A DNA stretch of 34,752 nucleotides. Origin: Candidatus Methylomirabilia bacterium. GTDB lineage: Bacteria > Methylomirabilota > Methylomirabilia > Rokubacteriales > CSP1-6. Location: positions 1-34,752 of the forward strand of contig JBGQHJ010000035.1 of NCBI GenBank assembly GCA_041497895.1, given 5' to 3'. Position 1 is the first letter of the stretch. Every line of letters begins with the position of its first letter. The notes beneath the pieces are model-generated. The model was not told where the DNA came from. It worked only from the letters and a program-made list of their open reading frames with translations, and ran no database searches. This document shows, one piece after another, positions 28,025 to 34,752 of the stretch. Made by a program: the position numbers and the translations under genes.

Positions 28025-28651
28025 GTGCTCGCGCTGTGGGCCGGAGCCCTCTCGCTCGCGCTGCTCGCGCCCGCCGCCGCCCTCGCCCAGTCGGCGACCA
28101 CGCCGGCCCTCGGCGGCGCGGACCTGCTCGCCGCGCTGCGCGCGGGCGGGCACATCCTCTACTTTCGCCACGCCGACACCGACCATACCCAGAACGACCA
28201 GCGCATGACGAGCGTCGAGGACTGCACCACCCAGCGCAACCTGAGCGAGCGGGGGCGCGAGCACGCGCGCGCCCTCGGCGAGGCCATCCACGCGCTGGGC
28301 ATTCCCATCGGCGCCGTCCTGGCGAGCCCGCTGTGCCGGACGGTGGAGACGGCGATCCTCGCCTTCGGCGCCGCCCAGAAATCCCCCGCCGTCCGCGAGG
28401 GCGGCCCGCTCCCGCCGGGCAACCCCGGGCGCTTTCCCGCCCTGCGCGCGCTCCTGTCCACCCCGGCCGCCCCGGGGGCCAACACCGTCGTCGTCGGGCA
28501 TGCCTACCCGTACTACACGCTGGTCGGCGGGCAGTACCTGAGCGAGGGGGAGGCCGACGTGCTGCGCCCCCGCGGCGCCGACTTCGAGGTCGTGGCCCGC
28601 GTGGGCCTCGCCCAGTGGCGAGCCCTCGCCGCCGGGCCGGCGGGGCGGTGA
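28025..28651 (+). CDS. Secreted histidine phosphatase (phosphoglycerate mutase superfamily)
   Basis: Signal peptide; FRHA, RNLSERG, ASPLCRTVETA, VVGH. Confidence 0.82.
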   Translation: MLALWAGALSLALLAPAAALAQSATTPALGGADLLAALRAGGHILYFRHADTDHTQNDQRMTSVEDCTTQRNLSERGREHARALGEAIHALGIPIGAVLASPLCRTVETAILAFGAAQKSPAVREGGPLPPGNPGRFPALRALLSTPAAPGANTVVVGHAYPYYTLVGGQYLSEGEADVLRPRGADFEVVARVGLAQWRALAAGPAGR

Positions 28652-28654
28652 GCC

Positions 28655-28849
28655 ATGCTCCGACTGGTGATCGTGCTCGTGACCGTCACGCTCGCCGCCC
28701 TCGGCCTGATCGTCGGGGTGGTGGTTGCGCTCGGGGTGGCCTGGATCGCGATCGCCCTGCCGGTCCTGCTCCTCCTCGGCCTGGTCGCCGGGCTGGTGGC
28801 GGCGCGCCGCCGGCTGTGGCCGCGACTCGACGACGACCCACCGGACTGA
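28655..28849 (+). CDS. Small membrane protein (64 aa)
   Basis: Long hydrophobic stretch (about 2 TM) followed by RRRLW; flanked tightly by co-oriented genes. Confidence 0.6.
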   Translation: MLRLVIVLVTVTLAALGLIVGVVVALGVAWIAIALPVLLLLGLVAGLVAARRRLWPRLDDDPPD

Positions 28850-29166
28850 TGCGGCCCGTCCTGCCTCGCTGGCCTCGCATCGCGCTCGCCGTGCTGTCCT
28901 GCCTCGTCGGCGCCACGTCGGCCCACTCCGAGGGCGCGTGGGTCCTGTGGGCCCGCACGTGCAACGTGAAGACCCAGACGTGCACCGGCCCGTGGCGGCG
29001 ACGTGACACCTACGAGGCCGAGCGGTGGTGCCGCGCGGCTCGGACCACCCTCGTCAATCAGGCGTTCACGCAGGAAGGCCGGGAGACCGCGGAGACGAGG
29101 GGAACCCTCGTGGAGTACCAGTGCCTCCCGGGCTCGGTGGACCCGCCCGGCCCGACCGGGAAGTGA
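28849..29166 (+). CDS. Small secreted Cys-containing hypothetical protein (105 aa)
   Basis: ATG overlaps the previous stop (TGATG); signal peptide, then AWVLW, four Cys in the mature part, C-terminus CLPGSVDPPGPTGK. Confidence 0.7.
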   Translation: MRPVLPRWPRIALAVLSCLVGATSAHSEGAWVLWARTCNVKTQTCTGPWRRRDTYEAERWCRAARTTLVNQAFTQEGRETAETRGTLVEYQCLPGSVDPPGPTGK

Positions 29167-29173
29167 TCGCCGC

Positions 29174-29317
29174 TCAGTCCTCGCGCCGCGCGATGATGAT
29201 CGTGCAGGCCACCACCACGACCGCGGCGGCGATCGTCTCGTACCATCGGCCGAGCAGGCCGGTGAGGATCCCCAGCAGCGCGACACTCACGCCCGTCCAG
29301 CTCGCGAGGCGCCGCAT
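29174..29317 (-). CDS. Small two-TM membrane peptide (47 aa), not in the ORF track
   Basis: MRRLASWTGVSVALLGILTGLLGRWYETIAAAVVVVACTIIIARRED; ATG 2 nt after the stop of the upstream RHH-like ORF. Confidence 0.6.
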   Translation of the reverse strand: MRRLASWTGVSVALLGILTGLLGRWYETIAAAVVVVACTIIIARRED

Positions 29318-29319
29318 GG

Positions 29320-29564
29320 TCACGGCCGCTTTCTCCTGACCGCCTCCGCGAGGATCTCGGCCACCACCGTCGCGATGTTCTTCTCCTCCCGGATCGCCCG
29401 CGCCGCGAGCGCCTCGGCGTGCTGCCGCTCCAGCACCACGCGAAAGGTCATCCGCACCTTGTCGGGCGCCACGGACTCCTCGTGGGCGATCGCGTTGCGC
29501 GCGAGCTCCTCGGGCAGGGACTTGCGCGAGATCTTCTTGCCTCGGGCTTCCTCGGGCGAGTCAT
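29320..29564 (-). CDS. Ribbon-helix-helix-like DNA-binding protein, probably with a 1-bp frameshift (alternative intact GTG start at 29472)
   Basis: Reverse frame reads KKISRKSLPEELARNAIAHEESVAPDKVRMTFRVVLERQHAEALAARAIREEKNIATVVAEILAEAVRRKRP*. ATG 29564 (AGGA SD) gives MTRPRKP, one base out of frame. Confidence 0.55.
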
Positions 29565-29637
29565 TCGAGCATCCTAGCGCACCCTCCTCAGGGGGTACAT
29601 AGGGGCACCCTGCAGCGGCACGAGGGACGGCACAAGG

Positions 29638-29646
29638 TGCTAAAAT
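29638..29646 (+). promoter_or_regulatory. Extended -10 promoter for tRNA-Arg
   Basis: TGCTAAAAT ending 28 nt before the tRNA. Confidence 0.6.
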
Positions 29647-29674
29647 CGAGCCCGCACCTCGCGTAGCTCCTGAT

Positions 29675-29751
29675 GCCCCCGTAGCTCAGGTGGATAGAGC
29701 AGCAGTTTCCTAAACTGTGGGCCGGGTGTTCGAGTCACCCCGGGGGCACCA
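29675..29751 (+). tRNA. tRNA-Arg (CCT)
   Basis: 77-nt cloverleaf; anticodon arm GCAGT-TTCCTAA-ACTGT; T arm GGGTG-TTCGAGT-CACCC; encoded CCA. Confidence 0.96.
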
Positions 29752-29786
29752 ATACTCCTGTACGGCCGTGGAGGGATGACTGCCCG

Positions 29787-30140
29787 ATGACCCTCGAACG
29801 AATGGCTCACGTCTGGCTCGTGCTGCTCGTTCTCCCGGCGCTCTGCACCGTCGCCATCGCTCAGGATGAGGCTGCCCGCACGTCGCCCAGCGAGCTCCTC
29901 GGGAATGCCGGGCTCTTCGATGGCAAGACGATCACGATCAGCGGCACGGTGGTCAACCTTCACGAAGGTGTCTCCGCTGCGGGGAAGGGCTACTACACCT
30001 TCGACTTGAGCGATGGCACCGAAAGCGTCCGGGTCTTTTCGATCGGCAAGGCCCGATGCAAGGCGGGTCGTGCGACCGTGGACGGCACGTTCGAGCGAGT
30101 CAGGCAGCAGATCACGGCGACGCGGGTCCGGTGCCGCTGA
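29787..30140 (+). CDS. Secreted hypothetical protein, probable OB-fold
   Basis: Signal peptide; FDGKTITISGTV, YYTFDLSDGTESVRVF and TVDGTF fit an OB-fold strand pattern (inference). Confidence 0.7.
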   Translation: MTLERMAHVWLVLLVLPALCTVAIAQDEAARTSPSELLGNAGLFDGKTITISGTVVNLHEGVSAAGKGYYTFDLSDGTESVRVFSIGKARCKAGRATVDGTFERVRQQITATRVRCR

Positions 30141-30239
30141 CCCATCGCGCTCCATCTCGTCCCGAAGCGCGCCGAGCTCGACGAGCAAGCCGGCCAGCTC
30201 GCGCTCCAGCCGGCGGCGCAGGCTCCGCGCGACCACGAG

Positions 30240-30635
30240 TCACTCCGGCGGCCGGACCGCCATCACGCCATCGACGAGGGGCTGACCCCCGACGACCGTA
30301 TATACCACCCGGAGGGTTGTCCCTGCCGTGTAAGGGCACGTCTCCCCGGCACGCAGCAACAACGTCCGCCCACCCACCTCGATCCGGTCCGGATAAGACT
30401 CGGCGAGGAGGGCCACGATCGTCCCGTGAGCCGGTCGCTGACCGTTGACCCGAGCCCTGCCCCCGCTGTTTCCGCCGGTGCTGCGGTGTCTCCGGTGACG
30501 GAACAGCTCTTCTCGTTCCTGCCATCGCCGGGCTCGGCCCTTCGCCTCCATGCGCTGCTTTACCCGGGTAATCACGACAATGCTCGCCGCGAACACGCAG
30601 CCTGCCAGGATGACGAGAACCTTGTCCACGAGCAA
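30240..30635 (-). CDS. Hypothetical membrane-anchored protein
   Basis: AGGAGG 5 nt before the TTG start; N-terminal TM segment; beta-rich C-terminus. Confidence 0.55.
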   Translation of the reverse strand: MLVDKVLVILAGCVFAASIVVITRVKQRMEAKGRARRWQEREELFRHRRHRSTGGNSGGRARVNGQRPAHGTIVALLAESYPDRIEVGGRTLLLRAGETCPYTAGTTLRVVYTVVGGQPLVDGVMAVRPPE

Positions 30636-30772
30636 ACGGGCCTCCTGAGGGCCCGGTGCCTTCTCCTCAGCGGGTGACGTAGTCTAGCGATTCTTTGGGG
30701 GCTGGGCAACCGCCAGGGGGTTGCTGGTGGTCGGGAGGGCCCGCTCAGGTCTGAATGCCGGGAGGACCGTCG

Positions 30773-31479
30773 ATGACCGCAGGCCCACCTAGGCTGCTCG
30801 CCACGCTTGGCCTGCTCGGCCTCGCGCTGATCGCCGCGAGTGGGGTCCGCGCTCCCGGCCTCGCGGACGAGCCGCCCACACCGAACCGGGCGTCCGAGTA
30901 TGCGGCCGGTGAACGGCCCTGGCTTCAGTGCGGTCTTGAGCAGGCGCTCGACGTCGACTTCGAGGGCACTGGTCGGCCGTATCGAGCGGAATGGCGTCGG
31001 TGCGGTCCCTCCCAGGTCGAGCGGAAGCCGGATCGGAACGCCTTCGACTACCCGACTCACTACGTCACCGTGACCCGGAATGCGGCGGCACCCGCCCCCC
31101 TGTTCGTTTTCGACAACGTCGCTGAGCCCAGCCTGACATACATCCGGAGCGTCCAGCGTATGCAGTTCACCGGCGACGGCCGGCAACAACTCGCCGTCGT
31201 CACCGGCTTCTACGGCACCGGGGCCGCCTGGGACCTGTGCGCCCTGGGCCTGATCAACGGCACGCTCAGCTGCTGGAAGGTGCCTGACTGGACACCGGCC
31301 ATCGCGTCGCTGCTGGCCCCGGACGAGGAGAGCTGGAAGTCCCTGCTCATCTCGGCGGCCAACGACCGATTGCTCGTGCAAGCCCTTATCTACGACACGG
31401 CGCAGGCTCGGTCTTCATCGATCTACGCCCTGGCGATGGTCGCTTCGATCTCGGCGGAATCAAGCGCGTCACGCCCTAG
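30773..31479 (+). pseudogene. Secreted beta-rich protein with an apparent 1-bp frameshift near 31398
   Basis: GGAGG SD, ATG 30773, signal peptide, FG-GAP-like DFEGTG and FTGDGRQQL. After ALIYDT a plausible C-terminus (GAGSVFIDLRPGDGRFDLGGIKRVTP*, TAG 31477-31479) lies in another frame. Confidence 0.55.
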
Positions 31480-31600
31480 AAGAGATCCCCCGGAACCGCG
31501 CTCATGCAATAACTGGCGAAACGGCATACTTTATGGTACTTTACAGTTCGATTGCTGCCGCCGCTTCTCAGGGCGTCGGCCACGAAAGGACTCGGCACTC

Positions 31601-31810
31601 ATGGCAATCAGCCCCCGGATGTTCGCCGTTCTTCAGAAGGTCGAGGCTGCGCGCGAGGAGCACCTCGCAAAGCTCCGCGAGCGCGGCAAGCAGGAAGCAA
31701 AGGCAAAGGAACGCGCGAAGATCCTGCAAATGGCGAATCTGAAGAAGAAGCCGCCGTTGATGAAGGCAGCGCCGCCGCGCGCGACCAACGCGACCAAGAA
31801 GAAGGGCTAG
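31601..31810 (+). CDS. Small Lys/Ala-rich basic protein (69 aa)
   Basis: AAAGGA SD, ATG 31601, upstream AT-rich TGGTACTTT extended -10-like element; MAISPRMFAVLQKVEAAREEHLAKLRE...TKKKG. Confidence 0.65.
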   Translation: MAISPRMFAVLQKVEAAREEHLAKLRERGKQEAKAKERAKILQMANLKKKPPLMKAAPPRATNATKKKG

Positions 31811-31822
31811 CGCTTCCGCACC

Positions 31823-33076
31823 ATGGCCGGCACCCTCATCGCGAACACGATGATCCTCGATGGCTCCGGCACGTCGCCGTTCCCGGGCGACGTGCTGGTC
31901 GAGGGCCAGCGCATCGTCGCGGTGCAGGGCGGCGGGGGCCTGCCGCGCGGGTCGGCGCGGGTCATCGACGGCGCCGGCGCCACCCTGATGCCGGGGCTCA
32001 TCGAGCCGCACGGCCACGTGAGCTACCCCGACGCGGCAAGTAACGCCGACTTCACGCGCCTGCCCCCCGAGGAGCACGTGCTGGTGACGATGCGGAACGC
32101 CAAGACCCTGCTCGATTGCGGGTACACGAGCGTCCTGTCGGCGGCGTCGGCCAAGCCCCGCCTGGACATCGTGATCCGCAACGAGATCGAGGCGGGGCGC
32201 ATCCCCGGGCCGCGTTACCTGGCCAACGGTCCGGAGATCACGGTCACCGGCGGGCTGGGTGACGAGAACGCGCTCCACCTGCCGCATCTCGAGACGCCGA
32301 CCTTCGCGTGGGTGGCCGACGGGCCGGACGAGATCCGGAGGGTCTGCCGCCTGCTCGTGCGGGAGGGCACCGATCTCCTGAAGCTCAACATCTCGGGCGA
32401 CACCGGGCCGCGCAACTCGCGCTCCCAGCGCGCGGTGATGACCGACGCCGAGGTCGCGGCGGCCGCGGAGATCGCGCGAGCCGGCGCGGTGCGGATCTGC
32501 GCCCACGCGCGCAGCGCCGAGTCCGTGAAGATGTGCGTGCGCCACGGGGTCGGCATCATCTACCACGCCAACTTCGTGGACCAGGAGGCCCTCGACCTGC
32601 TCGAGGCCAACCGCGAGTGGTGCTTCGTCGCCCCCGCGGTGGGGCTGACCTACCAGGCGTGCTACGCCGCCAGCGAATGGGGGTTCACGCCCCAGATGGC
32701 GCGCGACCGCGGCCTCCTGGACGAGCTGGAGGTGTCGGTCGACACCATGGGGCAGATGCGCAAACGCGGCATTCGCGTGCTGCCGGGCGGCGACTACGGC
32801 TTCGCCTGGAACCCGCACGGGACGTACGCGCGGGACCTGCTGCTGTTCGTCGACCTGCTGGGCTTCTCCCCGATGGAGACGCTGGTCGCGGCCACCCGCA
32901 TGGGCGGCGAGATCATGGGACGCCCGCACGAGCTGGGGCAGGTGAAACTGGGCTACCTCGCGGACCTGCTGCTCGTCGACGGCGACCCGCTCACCGACAT
33001 CAAGCGCCTCCAGCGGCAGGACGCGCTGCTGATGATCATGAAGGACGGTCAGCTGCACAAGGCGCCGGCCGCCTGA
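31823..33076 (+). CDS. Metal-dependent amidohydrolase (prolidase/Xaa-Pro dipeptidase-like subgroup)
   Basis: IDGAGATLMPGLIEPHGH, AHA, GGDYG, G.LADLLLVDGDPL.DI. Confidence 0.88.
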   Translation: MAGTLIANTMILDGSGTSPFPGDVLVEGQRIVAVQGGGGLPRGSARVIDGAGATLMPGLIEPHGHVSYPDAASNADFTRLPPEEHVLVTMRNAKTLLDCGYTSVLSAASAKPRLDIVIRNEIEAGRIPGPRYLANGPEITVTGGLGDENALHLPHLETPTFAWVADGPDEIRRVCRLLVREGTDLLKLNISGDTGPRNSRSQRAVMTDAEVAAAAEIARAGAVRICAHARSAESVKMCVRHGVGIIYHANFVDQEALDLLEANREWCFVAPAVGLTYQACYAASEWGFTPQMARDRGLLDELEVSVDTMGQMRKRGIRVLPGGDYGFAWNPHGTYARDLLLFVDLLGFSPMETLVAATRMGGEIMGRPHELGQVKLGYLADLLLVDGDPLTDIKRLQRQDALLMIMKDGQLHKAPAA

Positions 33077-33080
33077 ATCG

Positions 33081-34343
33081 CTAGCGCCAGGCCTGCTCCA
33101 TCGGCCGCCCCGGCTGCCGGAGCAGCCCCACCGCGATGCCGATGTTCAGCAGGTTCCACAGGATGCCGTTGACGAACGCGGCCTGGTAGGAGCCCGTCAG
33201 GTCGAAGATCACGCCGGACATCCACCCGCCGAGCGCCATGCCGAACAAGGTAGCCATCAGCACGGTGCCGACCCGCACCCCGGCTTCCTCGGGAGGGTAG
33301 AACTCCCGGATGATGACCGCATAGGCGGGCGTGATCCCGCCCTGGGACAGGCCGAACAGCGCCGACAGGATGTAGAGCGAGGCGAGGCCGTCGAAGGGCA
33401 AAAAGAGGGCGAGGGCCAGGGCCTGCAGACTCGAGCCCAGCAGGAGCGTGCGCCGCCCGCCGATGCGGTCGCAGATCCACCCCGATGCCAGACGGCTGAC
33501 GATACCCGTGGCCAGCATCAGGGACAACATCTGCGCGCCCCGCGCCGCGCCATGGCCAAGGTCGCCGGCGTAGGCGACCATATGGACCTGCGGCATCGAC
33601 ATCGCGACACAGCAGCTGAGCCCCGCGATGACCAGCACGGTCTGCAGCGCGGCCGGCGACATGCCCAGGGGCCGCGACGACCGGGACATCGCGTGCGGGA
33701 CCTCGGAGGGAATCGCGAGTAGCGGCGACCGGCGCCGCAGAGCCAGCGTGAGCGGCACCATGCTCGCCACGCAGAAGACGGCGATACCTAGAAAGGTCCG
33801 GCGCCAGCCCACGCTCTGGATGAAGTGCTGCACGACCGGTGGCCAGACCGTTCCCGCCAGGTAGCTGCCGCTCGAGATGATCGACACGGCCAGACCGCGG
33901 CGCCGGGTGAACCAGAGCGAGGTGTCGGCGATCAGCGGCGCGAACGTGGCCGAGCCGGCGATGCCCACGAGCAGGCCCTGGGCCAGGACGAACTGCCAGA
34001 GGCTCGTCGCCTGGCTGGCGAGGAGATATCCCAGGCCCAGGAAGATCGCCCCGCCCGCGACGGGAGCGCGGATGCCGAACCGGTCCGAGAGCCGCCCCAT
34101 CAGGATGCCCCCGAAGCCGAAGGAGATCATCGTCACGGTGTAGGGCAGCGACGCGGAGGAGCGCGCGACGCCGAACTCGGCCTGGACCGCCGGCAGGACC
34201 ACGATCACCGACCACATGCCGACGCCGCCGATGGCCGATAGCAGGAGCGCGGCGAAGAGCCGGGTCCAGGCGTAGGGGGACTCCGGCCCGCCCCGCGGGG
34301 CGGGCTGGACTCGACTCCCGACGTCGTTGGCGGGCTCGGACAT
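33081..34343 (-). CDS. MFS transporter
   Basis: About 12 hydrophobic segments; motif A GRLSDRFGIR and GWICDRIGGRR; WFTRRRGLA. Confidence 0.9.
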   Translation of the reverse strand: MSEPANDVGSRVQPAPRGGPESPYAWTRLFAALLLSAIGGVGMWSVIVVLPAVQAEFGVARSSASLPYTVTMISFGFGGILMGRLSDRFGIRAPVAGGAIFLGLGYLLASQATSLWQFVLAQGLLVGIAGSATFAPLIADTSLWFTRRRGLAVSIISSGSYLAGTVWPPVVQHFIQSVGWRRTFLGIAVFCVASMVPLTLALRRRSPLLAIPSEVPHAMSRSSRPLGMSPAALQTVLVIAGLSCCVAMSMPQVHMVAYAGDLGHGAARGAQMLSLMLATGIVSRLASGWICDRIGGRRTLLLGSSLQALALALFLPFDGLASLYILSALFGLSQGGITPAYAVIIREFYPPEEAGVRVGTVLMATLFGMALGGWMSGVIFDLTGSYQAAFVNGILWNLLNIGIAVGLLRQPGRPMEQAWR

Positions 34344-34480
34344 GCTGACCGGCGTCCAGTATCCGGCCGAACTCGCCGTTTGTACTCATCCAATCCGGGC
34401 GCGCGCGACGCTTGAAACGGACGGGCGTGCCCGGTGGTGGTATGTTCTGGTGCACGAGAGACCTTCCCGGGAGGCGGCGC

Positions 34481-34752
34481 ATGAGCGGAGCGGACGGGCC
34501 GACGGAGTTCACGGACGTGGTGGGAACCCTGGACGAGCTGCGCGCGCTGATGGGTGAGCCCTCCGAGATCGCCCTGCGCAAGGACATCGGCCGTCTCGAC
34601 GAGCATTGCCGGGCCTTCATCGCACGGGCGCCCTTCGTGCTCGTCGCCACTGCGGACCACACCGGCCGCTGCGACGTGAGCCCCAAGGGCGATGCCCCCG
34701 GCTTCGTCCTGGTGGTGGACGACCGGACCTTGCTGATCCCGGACCGCCCGGG
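34481..34752 (+). CDS. Pyridoxamine 5'-phosphate oxidase-like FMN-binding protein (MSMEG_1061-like), 3'-truncated
   Basis: Own translation from ATG 34481 (GGGAGG SD): LDEHCRAFIARAPFVLVATAD..GRCDVSPKGDAPGFV.VVDDRTLLIPDRPG; upstream TGGTATGTT extended -10. Confidence 0.85.
   Translation, partial: MSGADGPTEFTDVVGTLDELRALMGEPSEIALRKDIGRLDEHCRAFIARAPFVLVATADHTGRCDVSPKGDAPGFVLVVDDRTLLIPDRP

Noticed and set aside
29640..30236. 198-aa minus-strand ORF with a coiled-coil-like start (LRRRLERELAGLLVELGALRDEMERDG)
   Set aside because: It runs antisense through the OB-fold gene and tRNA-Arg. Only the first ~35 codons look protein-like; possibly a fragment, but unsupported.

Overview
High-GC bacterial chromosomal window, mostly core housekeeping genes on the + strand. 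Gene content and style suggest Candidatus Rokubacteria/Methylomirabilota, which is an inference and not proven. Order: trpS (5'-truncated), scpA, scpB, rluB; pheA, hisC, tyrA, a 12-codon stub at the usual aroA position, cmk, plsC, rpsA, sppA; ihfB, HIT, mutS, mutL, miaA, hflX; pgsA, a PDZ/DUF512 radical-SAM-like gene, der; SPOR protein, ihfA, MerR-like regulator; tRNA-Pro(GGG), surE, pcm, tRNA-Pro(CGG), acyP, LysM/M23 (nlpD-like), RpoS-like sigma factor, XRE regulator, hypothetical. An accessory stretch around tRNA-Arg(CCT) (about 27-31.8 kb) holds small secreted and membrane proteins and two apparent 1-bp frameshifts. It is followed by an amidohydrolase, an MFS transporter and a 3'-truncated PPOX-family gene. 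I found no CRISPR array, integrase or transposase, and no large novel system is clearly supported. Best leads: the doubly coupled mini-ORF that looks like an aroA deletion scar; rluB requiring a non-canonical start codon; an in-frame palindromic element in the MutL linker; a sigma factor-XRE-hypothetical module; and an unannotated ribbon-helix-helix plus membrane-peptide pair next to tRNA-Arg.
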